Virus record (IMG/VR): IMGVR_UViG_3300022752_000020
Coordinates: 64,001-128,000 of that record
DNA: 64,000 bases
Direction: 5' to 3' (one strand)
Source: a virus
Part shown: in pieces, positions 29,637-37,393 of the stretch
Numbering within the stretch: position 1 is the stretch's first letter
How the letters are laid out: each line of letters opens with the position of its first letter
The notes under the pieces: generated by a model
Database searches by the model: none
What the model saw: only the letters and a program-made list of their open reading frames with translations
Told to the model about the DNA's origin: nothing
Position numbers and translations under genes: made by a program

Positions 29637-29642
29637 GGAGCT

Positions 29643-30482
29643 GTGATGACTGGAAATCCCTTACAAAAATACTTTCGTCAACCTAAAATCTTCATTGATT
29701 TACCCAGCAAAGGACGCTATTATGACCCTAATAGTTTAGATAAAAAGAATGATCAATTACCTATTTTTGGTATGACAGGTATGGATGAGATCATAATGAA
29801 AACTCCAGATGCTTTGTTTAGCGGTGAAGCCACAGTAAAAGTTATTGAAAGTTGCTGCCCCGCTATAAAAGATGCTTGGAAAATGCCCAGTATTGATGTA
29901 GATTGTCTATTAGTCAGTATAAGAATTGCAACATTTGGATCAAATATGAATGTGACTCATAGATGCCCAGCTTGTCAAAGTTATAACGATTATGAAATTG
30001 ATCTAAGCAAAGTATTAAGTTATCTAGGCTCACAAGAATATGACAGTGTTATAGACTGTGGTGATCTAAAAATTGTTATACGTCCTTTACGCTACGAAGA
30101 AATTACTCGATTTAACATAGAAAACTATAAGCTACAAAGAATGTTAGGTCAACTCAGTAAGATGGAAACACAGGGTGATGATGACGGTAGTATACGTAGT
30201 CAAAACGAAGTTTATCAAAAAATCAGTGACATGCAACTAAACTTGTTTCAAATCAGTGTGGAAAAAATTATTACACCAGAAGGTGAAGTCACCGACAAAA
30301 ACTTTATTGCCGAATGGATTCAAAATAGTGACAAAGAATATTTTAAATTTATTAAGAAAAAACTAGAAAGTAATAAAGCACAATGGGACGTGCCCAGTCA
30401 AGATGTTGTATGTCCTGAATGTGAACATGCCAGTAAGGTAGTTGTTACTATGGATCAAACAAGTTTTTTCGAAAAAGGCTAA
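29643..30482 (+). CDS. gp26: Baseplate hub assembly protein (gp26-like)
   Basis: NPLQKYFRQPKIFIDLPS, MTGMDEIIMKTPDAL, IDVDCLLVSIRIAT, two CxxC pairs (CPAC, CPEC) and a C-terminal FF. Confidence 0.75.
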   Translation: MMTGNPLQKYFRQPKIFIDLPSKGRYYDPNSLDKKNDQLPIFGMTGMDEIIMKTPDALFSGEATVKVIESCCPAIKDAWKMPSIDVDCLLVSIRIATFGSNMNVTHRCPACQSYNDYEIDLSKVLSYLGSQEYDSVIDCGDLKIVIRPLRYEEITRFNIENYKLQRMLGQLSKMETQGDDDGSIRSQNEVYQKISDMQLNLFQISVEKIITPEGEVTDKNFIAEWIQNSDKEYFKFIKKKLESNKAQWDVPSQDVVCPECEHASKVVVTMDQTSFFEKG

Positions 30483-30703
30483 TAACAATACCGGATTCTG
30501 ACTTAGAAGATTTCCTAAATAGCTACGATCTACACTGTAAACAAATTAAAGATGATATCTTTACCATAAGCTGGTATATGCGTGGTGGTGTCACAGCCAA
30601 CGACTTATTTCATATCTATAGCTATGAAGATCGTAATATTATGAATGGTATAATCAAAAATAATATAGAACTTACTAAGAAAAGCGGTTTACCTTTGATG
30701 TGA
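30464..30703 (+). CDS. gp51-like hub-assembly / tail-chaperone extension, probably expressed by -1 frameshift from the gp26-like gene
   Basis: Not in the ORF track. The -1 frame is open from 30437 to TGA at 30701-30703: ...IPDSDLEDFLNSYDLHCKQIKDDIFTISWYMRGGVTANDLFHIYSYEDRNIMNGIIKNNIELTKKSGLPLM. No ATG/GTG/TTG until 30578; slippery T TTT TTC at 30464-30470. Confidence 0.65.
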   Translation, partial: FFRKRLITIPDSDLEDFLNSYDLHCKQIKDDIFTISWYMRGGVTANDLFHIYSYEDRNIMNGIIKNNIELTKKSGLPLM

Positions 30704-31627
30704 TTCAAATGCAGGCAAGCTAAGATTACTAACAGTGCCAGGACGATCAGTATACCGATAAGCATCACCTACTTTAGGCAATTTATTTTTTATCTTATCC
30801 AAGGCTCCACCAATAGCACCAATTGGTCCTTTATCAATTACTTCCTTACCAAATTCTATTACCTTTTCTAATGCGTATCCTGCTGATGTAAATAAACCCA
30901 TAATTACTGGAAAAGTTTCAGCAAACCATTTTTTACCGGCATCAGTACGAAACCATGCCATGGCAGCAACTTCACCCACACGGGCAACATGTCCCAACCA
31001 ACGTCTACTAACTTCAGCAGCTCTAGGAAATCCAGTAGCCTGTATCATTTTTGCTATAGTTTTACTACCAACTTTGCCTATAGCCCCAACGACTTTGGGC
31101 ATAATAAGTCCCATAATAAATTCACCATTAAGTTTAGCCAATTGTTCTTCATAATTTGGGTCTTTAGGATCTAATGCCCATCTACTCATCAAATAGTCAT
31201 AAGTTCCATAAAGTAAACTTGCTGTTGTAGCAAATGATACACCCAAGTTAGCCAGTTTTTCTTGAGCTGCTGTAGCTGCCTGCATATTGTTCACTATAGC
31301 TGCTTGATGATTTTTTTCTCCTTGCCTTATTATAGCTTTTTTCATACTATCAATACGCCACTTACCAACAGTTGAATTTTTACTAAAGCCAATTTTATTC
31401 CACCAAGTGCCAGCATATTGTTGTGCTGCTTGTCTTTGAGCAGCTACTTGTCCAGGTATTTTAGGTATAGGAACTCGTGAAACATTTGCAGGTAGTGTAC
31501 GTGATCCACGCCATAATCCACCTAAAGCTCTAGCACCCGCACTAATCAGTTTACCAGTTCCAATAGCAGCTAACGGTATTATGAATTCATCTAATTCTTC
31601 TTCTGTCAACAATTCATTAAGTTTCAT
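30689..31627 (-). CDS. Hypothetical late protein (312 aa), possible internal head/ejected protein
   Basis: Acidic N-terminal MKLNELLTEEELDE followed by a basic, amphipathic G/A-rich body; TAAATAAATA 4 nt before the ATG. Confidence 0.55.
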   Translation of the reverse strand: MKLNELLTEEELDEFIIPLAAIGTGKLISAGARALGGLWRGSRTLPANVSRVPIPKIPGQVAAQRQAAQQYAGTWWNKIGFSKNSTVGKWRIDSMKKAIIRQGEKNHQAAIVNNMQAATAAQEKLANLGVSFATTASLLYGTYDYLMSRWALDPKDPNYEEQLAKLNGEFIMGLIMPKVVGAIGKVGSKTIAKMIQATGFPRAAEVSRRWLGHVARVGEVAAMAWFRTDAGKKWFAETFPVIMGLFTSAGYALEKVIEFGKEVIDKGPIGAIGGALDKIKNKLPKVGDAYRYTDRPGTVSNLSLPAFESHQR

Positions 31628-31642
31628 CTTATATTTATTTAG

Positions 31643-31690
31643 GAGAGTGAAGCTACGCTCACTCTTTTTTAGGACTTATCGTCCTAAAAA
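31643..31690. other. Two adjacent inverted repeats (possible terminator or processing element)
   Basis: AGAGTGA-AGCTACGC-TCACTCT and TTTTTAGGAC-TTATC-GTCCTAAAAA, next to a T-rich tract at 31691-31717. Confidence 0.55.
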
Positions 31691-31699
31691 CTTTTTTCT

Positions 31700-32069
31700 T
31701 TCTTCTTTGTTTTTTTTAATATTATGCAGATTGTGACGTCACTCTTCGCCCGTCCGAGGGCGAAAGGAACATTATGCGAGTTGCTCAGTCCATAGCATTA
31801 GTGCATTACAGAGGCGGTTGTCCGGTACCTCGAGCACAGTCTTCATACAACGGCGGTTAATATACAGTATGCTATCACTATATACTAACGTGCTGCGTTT
31901 TTACAGCGTCTTTTAGCCTTTTAATCCTGTTCAAACAGCCAAATCACGGCATTTAAGTGATCGTCATCCTTGCGGGTAGTGGCTGAGTACTCACTACGGC
32001 GGTGAGTTTTCCATCCCTGCGACTCGTGGTCCAGGTATAGGGGCACCTGAAATTGGCCGGTGCCTAGCC
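31700..32069 (-). ncRNA. Candidate large structured non-coding RNA directly downstream of the GIY-YIG gene
   Basis: ORF-free, GC-elevated ~370 nt containing at least 8 stems, a GCAA tetraloop, a 13-bp stem with G-U pairs and a 7-bp loop pseudoknot. Confidence 0.6.
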
Positions 32070-32507
32070 TTAACCGTGTAATATTTTGCCTTTGATGTGT
32101 TTGCCGTGAACTCTGACCTGAATATGCCCGTTATAATAATCGTCTGATTCTAACACTTTTCTTTCAAACTGTATTTTCGCTTCAACATAACTACATTCTG
32201 ATTTGCTGGTACAATAATATAATATTTCTCTTGTGAAATTTTCAGTGCCTAATTTGATAACATCTGCCTTGAGTTCGTCATTTGAGCCATAATAATCTTG
32301 CCAATCACTTGATACTTTGCCTCTGATTCGTTTTCTTTTCTTAGTACCATTTTTTAATTTTACTATTTTGTAACTTGTTTTTGCAAACTGAGCTAATTTT
32401 TTGCCTATATACATACGGCCTGACTGTGTATTCGTAATAAGATAAACGAAGCCTATATACTCTTCTGGAATTTCTGTAACTAATTGGCCTTGATAAGTCC
32501 ATGACAT
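32070..32507 (-). CDS. Stand-alone GIY-YIG family endonuclease (Seg-like catalytic domain)
   Basis: GFVYLITN...RMYIGKK, YYGS, FTREIL, E..IQF and YYN motifs. ATG at 32507 preferred over the TTG at 32510. Confidence 0.85.
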   Translation of the reverse strand: MSWTYQGQLVTEIPEEYIGFVYLITNTQSGRMYIGKKLAQFAKTSYKIVKLKNGTKKRKRIRGKVSSDWQDYYGSNDELKADVIKLGTENFTREILYYCTSKSECSYVEAKIQFERKVLESDDYYNGHIQVRVHGKHIKGKILHG

Positions 32508-32539
32508 CAATTATATATTCCATTACGGTGCCTTTATAA

Positions 32540-33496
32540 TTATTTTACGCTATCCATCACAGCTAAAACATATTCAGCTAGTGTTCTAGTTGTGCAATGT
32601 TTTTGAAAATGTTCAAAAATTTTATTTTCTAAATCATGATATTCCTTGTGTCCCTGTTCTGTAGCATAGTATCTCATTTTATCATCATATATACCACGCA
32701 TACTAACAGCCTCTTTGATTAAGCCTTTGGGTAAAGTTTTACATACTTCAGGAGGACAACCATCTATGTCAGTGAAATATGGCAAGCATCTACAGGCCAT
32801 TATTTCATAATGACGCATACAGTCCCATCCTGCTTTTTTATAGGTTAATCCAAACAAACTTTCTCTATATCCATCATAATAATCTTGTTCTGTTTTATAT
32901 GGGTATACATAGTCTCGATATTTTTTTCCTAATGGTTTAGGCTTCATTTTTGCCTGTGCTCTAGTTTTTGGTAGAGATGTTTGAATTTTTTCTTCAGGAA
33001 AAGCAAAACTTATAGGATACATTGTTTTATTACGAAAATTTCCATACAGTTCTCTTTTAAAATATGTACCATAATCAAAAGCTTCATCAACAAAATAAGC
33101 TACTTCATCATGACCCTCTATTACTGCTATTTGTTTTTTATCGTAATATTTTATAACTTCTTTTACCAAAGGATGTATTTCGGCCACATACATACTTGTT
33201 CTAGCACTGACATAGGGTAATATAATATAATCAAAATAATTTTTTTTAACTTTCTCTAATATATCATTTTCTTCATAAGGTCCACGATAAACAGGCAAAG
33301 TTCCAAAAATAGTAAACCCCATACCATAAATTCTAGCTTTTTTAATATTTTCAAAAGTATCCATATACATAAAGTCAGTTTTAGGATAGTTTGTTAGTTC
33401 AATATTAGGCAAAAAATATAGCCCATGTAATACCATATCAGGCAAATAATCAGTGACAGCTCTTCCTAAAAAAAGTATTTTAGTTTTTTCTTTCAT
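32540..33496 (-). CDS. Glycosyltransferase-like protein (GT-B/exostosin-like C-terminus)
   Basis: DYLPDMVLHGL, YFKREL, SLFGLTYKKAGWDCMRHYEIMACRCLPYF. Confidence 0.55.
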   Translation of the reverse strand: MKEKTKILFLGRAVTDYLPDMVLHGLYFLPNIELTNYPKTDFMYMDTFENIKKARIYGMGFTIFGTLPVYRGPYEENDILEKVKKNYFDYIILPYVSARTSMYVAEIHPLVKEVIKYYDKKQIAVIEGHDEVAYFVDEAFDYGTYFKRELYGNFRNKTMYPISFAFPEEKIQTSLPKTRAQAKMKPKPLGKKYRDYVYPYKTEQDYYDGYRESLFGLTYKKAGWDCMRHYEIMACRCLPYFTDIDGCPPEVCKTLPKGLIKEAVSMRGIYDDKMRYYATEQGHKEYHDLENKIFEHFQKHCTTRTLAEYVLAVMDSVK

Positions 33497-33722
33497 TTTT
33501 TTGTTTTTTCCTTTCTGCTTTTTCTCTATCTATTTGATAACGCCATTGCATGATTACTTCACGACGTTCTATAGCAATATGCCTAATTTCACTGAGCCAT
33601 TTTCTTGTTTTCAACCCTGCTCTTCGTGTGCCTTTATCAATCCATTCTTGATTGGCCTTGTAATATTGCCTAAATGCATCCATTAAACGATCATGGAGTT
33701 CTTCATCACGTGGAGGTTTCAA
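33480..33722 (-). CDS. Small basic helical protein, Hc1 (histone H1-like) family resemblance
   Basis: KGTRRAGLKTRKWLSEIRHIAIERR resembles the Hc1-type KGNKAAGTRARK..L motif. Confidence 0.45.
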   Translation of the reverse strand: MKPPRDEELHDRLMDAFRQYYKANQEWIDKGTRRAGLKTRKWLSEIRHIAIERREVIMQWRYQIDREKAERKKQKNERKN

Positions 33723-35491
33723 TCCCTAATCTCCAAGTCATTGGCATAACTGGTATATCCATTTTCTTTAATAACTTTTAATACATTATTTACACGACCA
33801 ACTAGTTCATCCTTATGACTGATCAAATATATATTCTTATTACGTTCTCTGGCCATTTTCTTTAATACTGCTAGAGCACTTTCTACCCCACTGGCATCCA
33901 AACCATTGTCAATAAGTTCGTCAATAAACAACAGATTAATATTCTGATATAGGCTTTCCCATACATCTCTAAATGCCCAACTTAACCCTAAAATTAATCT
34001 ATTACGTTCACCTCTACTTAAATTGTCAAAGTCTAAATCTTGTCCTAATTGAGTAATTTCTACATTAAGATCATTTAAAAAACTAACTTGATGAGGTAGT
34101 CCCATACGATCCAAATAATAACTCAACCTATTATTCAAGTAGGCCAAGTTTTGATCAATGATCTTTTTACGAATAAAACTATCCTTACTGGTCAATAACT
34201 TAAGTAAAAATTCCTGATGTTCTTTTAAACTGTTAAGCTCATTGATTTGATCCCAACTGATTTCCTGCATGGCAGTACTACGCAATTCGTCTATCTGTTC
34301 TTGATAAGGATCCCGTTCTTCACTACGATTCAATAAGGTCTTTTCCAGTGTAGTAAGATTATTTTGATGTTTTAATGCTTGTTCCACAGTGTCATAAAAT
34401 GTTTGAGGTCTGCCATTTATGTTGCCAATCTCATCTAATTCTGCTACCACATTAATTAATTTAAAATCTACATTGTTAAGATAAGTTTGTGCCTCATCTA
34501 AATTCTTTTTAGCCTCAGCTATCAAATCATCATGTATATGCCCTGGCAAGTTTTGATCACATTTGGAACATTTATTATTGGCTAACTTTTCTAATTCAAC
34601 AGTATAATTTTTAACACTACGTTCAGCCTGATTAACAGCAGTTTCTAATGTGGCCTTTTCCTTATTCAAACTATTAATACGAGCACTCTGTTCCAGATAA
34701 TTTTTTAATTTATCATGTTGTTCTAGTTCTTGTTCAATATCGATACTCTGTAGTTCTAAAATACTTTTAGCAATCTTTTCTAAATCTTGCTCTTGTTGAC
34801 TGAGCCAAGCACGTTGTTTAGAATGTAGACTGTTTATACTTTGTTCAATACGTTCATTGCTGCGTTTGGCTGCTTCAATGTTAGCAGATTCTTGCTGTAT
34901 AGCATCTTTAGTTTCTTTTATTTGATTTTTTAAACTTTCACTTTTATCACTGAGCAAGGTAATACCCAGTAACTGCTCAATGATCATACGTTGATCCGCA
35001 GCCCTCATGCTTAGAAATGGCTCTGTGTATGTGTTCAATGCCACAATATGCTTAAACATATCATGGCTCATACCCAATAGTTCATCTAAATCTTTCTGTG
35101 TTTCTCTTACATCACCTTGACTTTCATCAATGACTTCTTGTTCTAAGCCATTGACAAAAAATTTAAACACATTAGGCCTACGTCCACGCTCAATGCGATA
35201 TTCAACACCATTCTTTTCAAAGTTTAACTTGACCAACATGGCTTTGCCATTAGTCTTATTGACCAAGTTATCTTTCTTAATGTTGGTTAATGCTTGGCCG
35301 TAGAGCGCATAACTTAGAGCATTGACGATTGTGGTTTTCCCGGTACCATTACGGCTTCCTGAATCATCACCTCCTTGATCTAAATTTTCGCCTAATACTA
35401 AAGTTAATTGCTCTCGGCCGAAGTCGACGGCTTGGGTATTATTACCCACGCTCATAAAATTCTTAACACTAAGATCCTGTATCTTAATCAT
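33719..35491 (-). CDS. gp46: Recombination endonuclease ATPase subunit (Rad50/SbcC-like)
   Basis: Walker A NGTGKTT, coiled coil with CSKC hook, signature LSRGE, Walker B LLFIDE, ISH. Confidence 0.95.
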   Translation of the reverse strand: MIKIQDLSVKNFMSVGNNTQAVDFGREQLTLVLGENLDQGGDDSGSRNGTGKTTIVNALSYALYGQALTNIKKDNLVNKTNGKAMLVKLNFEKNGVEYRIERGRRPNVFKFFVNGLEQEVIDESQGDVRETQKDLDELLGMSHDMFKHIVALNTYTEPFLSMRAADQRMIIEQLLGITLLSDKSESLKNQIKETKDAIQQESANIEAAKRSNERIEQSINSLHSKQRAWLSQQEQDLEKIAKSILELQSIDIEQELEQHDKLKNYLEQSARINSLNKEKATLETAVNQAERSVKNYTVELEKLANNKCSKCDQNLPGHIHDDLIAEAKKNLDEAQTYLNNVDFKLINVVAELDEIGNINGRPQTFYDTVEQALKHQNNLTTLEKTLLNRSEERDPYQEQIDELRSTAMQEISWDQINELNSLKEHQEFLLKLLTSKDSFIRKKIIDQNLAYLNNRLSYYLDRMGLPHQVSFLNDLNVEITQLGQDLDFDNLSRGERNRLILGLSWAFRDVWESLYQNINLLFIDELIDNGLDASGVESALAVLKKMARERNKNIYLISHKDELVGRVNNVLKVIKENGYTSYANDLEIRD

Positions 35492-36498
35492 AAATTGTTA
35501 TAAATGTCCATTAATAGTTTAACATTGTAGGTATCACTCTCTACACTGGTCAGTTGATTCATTACAATTTGATCTACACTTTCAAATTGTTTAATTTCCA
35601 AATCACTATCGAATTCAATCTCACGTTTTTCAGGTATCAAGGTTAACTCCCTAATTTCGTATTTGTTAAAAAATTCTTCTTTAATATGACCACTTTCTTC
35701 ATAACTGATATCTACATCTAATAATACTCTTAGGTGTTGTTTAGGTTTTATTATACGCTCTTGTTCATCTATAAGTTGAGTCAATTTGATAGTTCTGAAT
35801 GTAGGTTGAGCAGGCCAAGCGTGATATTCTGGATCACCTCCCCATTCTAAAATCATCATGCCTCGGTCATCATCCCAAGCATCCGCATAGTTATGTGGAA
35901 ATGCGTTGCCAATATAGTGCATGTTCTGTTTATTTTGGCGTTTATGAAAATGTCCACTCAACCCAAGTTCATATTTTTTAAATTGAGCCAGTTGTATCTC
36001 ACCGTGATCAGGCATCTGTACCATGGCATTCATATAAAAACTAGGCAGTTCAAAATGACCAAATATATAACGGGCATCTTTCTTGCCCACAGTTTTCCAC
36101 TCTTCACCTACAAGCCAAGGACACATAATAACTTCGCCTAATGTCATAGGCTGATGCACTACTGTGATCCCTGGTATATATTTGCCAAACTCTACACTAT
36201 GGATATCTCGTTTATCTTTATAATAGAGATCATGATTACCAGGAAAGAAAAAGAACTGGTCAAATGCCCTGCCCAGTTTTTCCAAAGCTCTAAGACTATA
36301 ATCCATAGTAACAATATTAAGACTGTTTCGGTTATGATGCCAATCACCCAAAAAGAATCCGGTATCACATCCATTCTTTTTAGCAGTGGCAATAAACCAA
36401 TCTACAAAATCTTCACAGTCTTGATTATGTGTTTGGCTATTTGATTTTAGACCAAAGTGTATGTCTGTAAAAAATGCTGCCTTTTTGAATAAGCTCAT
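35488..36498 (-). CDS. gp47: Recombination endonuclease nuclease subunit (Mre11/SbcD-like)
   Basis: TDIHFG, LGDWHH, GNHD, GHFE and SGHFH phosphoesterase motifs. Confidence 0.95.
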   Translation of the reverse strand: MSLFKKAAFFTDIHFGLKSNSQTHNQDCEDFVDWFIATAKKNGCDTGFFLGDWHHNRNSLNIVTMDYSLRALEKLGRAFDQFFFFPGNHDLYYKDKRDIHSVEFGKYIPGITVVHQPMTLGEVIMCPWLVGEEWKTVGKKDARYIFGHFELPSFYMNAMVQMPDHGEIQLAQFKKYELGLSGHFHKRQNKQNMHYIGNAFPHNYADAWDDDRGMMILEWGGDPEYHAWPAQPTFRTIKLTQLIDEQERIIKPKQHLRVLLDVDISYEESGHIKEEFFNKYEIRELTLIPEKREIEFDSDLEIKQFESVDQIVMNQLTSVESDTYNVKLLMDIYNNL

Positions 36499-37316
36499 TC
36501 CTCTTCTCTCTCAAATCTACGTAGGCTAGCGGCGTGTTCAGCATTACTAGTTCTAGTATAACTTGGGGCCATATCATTCATTTCTAGTATATCATCCCTA
36601 ATATTTTGATTACGTTTTTCAATATTGATTATCCGTACAAAACTGTTAGTAACAGCAGCAGTAAAATAAGCAAATGGATTATTCGATTTAGCTTCATTAA
36701 ATTGTAGTCCTACTTGTGTGAGTTGCAGTATAGCCTGTGCCCTCATTTCATCGTTATAGGTATAGCCACGCACATTACCACGGGTAGCATAACGTTCGCA
36801 TAGTTTGATATACATACGGGCCAATGTGTTGGTTATTTGTCCATGATCCTTACTGAACTTGCCACTTTTTACACCACCTCTCCAATGACTTTTCCCTACG
36901 CATATGAGTTCGTCATTTTCATCAAACTTCCAATGTTGGAAAGGTGGAAAATTTACTCGATCGTGACTATCTGCTTCAGTTTTTTGATTTTTCTTACGTG
37001 TTTTGTTCACAGGGATATGATCATAAGTCATGATCCTAAAAACCAAGTCTCCTTTGGCTATTTTTTTATAATCAATTTCACAGTCAGCCATTTTGACCTT
37101 TTCACCTGCTTCTTTTAGTCTAGCATATTCTTGGTCACCCATACGTTTGGCACGGTTTCTTTTAGCTTCTGCTATGGTTCTTATGTTAATTTTGTCCAAG
37201 CTGGGTAAAATAATATCGTATTGATTATATTCTGGCTTAGAATAACTGCTATAAGTGTTTTTACTTTTGTGTATTTCTTCTAACAAATCTTTGTTATTAA
37301 GATAATTTACAGTCAT
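36495..37316 (-). CDS. gp55: Late-transcription sigma factor
   Basis: NYLNNKDLL, RGYTYNDEM, FNEAKSNNPFAYFT; directly upstream of gp47/gp46. Confidence 0.9.
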   Translation of the reverse strand: MTVNYLNNKDLLEEIHKSKNTYSSYSKPEYNQYDIILPSLDKINIRTIAEAKRNRAKRMGDQEYARLKEAGEKVKMADCEIDYKKIAKGDLVFRIMTYDHIPVNKTRKKNQKTEADSHDRVNFPPFQHWKFDENDELICVGKSHWRGGVKSGKFSKDHGQITNTLARMYIKLCERYATRGNVRGYTYNDEMRAQAILQLTQVGLQFNEAKSNNPFAYFTAAVTNSFVRIINIEKRNQNIRDDILEMNDMAPSYTRTSNAEHAASLRRFEREEE

Positions 37317-37338
37317 TTGTAATAATTCTCCTCATGTT

Positions 37339-37367
37339 ATTATAAACTACGCACATTTGAAAGTCAA
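37339..37367 (-). promoter_or_regulatory. Sigma70-type promoter for gp55-gp47-gp46
   Basis: TTGACT (37367-37362), 17-bp spacer, TATAAT (37344-37339), then GAGGAG SD. Confidence 0.8.
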
Positions 37368-37374
37368 ATAAATA
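37368..37374 (+). promoter_or_regulatory. Late promoter (ATAAATA) for the baseplate operon
   Basis: Located about 20 nt before AAGGGG-ATG (37394). Confidence 0.6.
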
Positions 37375-37393
37375 TTTGCCAAAGGGGAATAAA

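Noticed and set aside
31700-32069. tRNA, tmRNA, RNase P RNA or group I intron
   Set aside because: No cloverleaf or T-loop, no tmRNA ends, no GAGGAAAGUCC, no convincing P7 pair, and the flanking genes are intact rather than split; kept as an unknown RNA.
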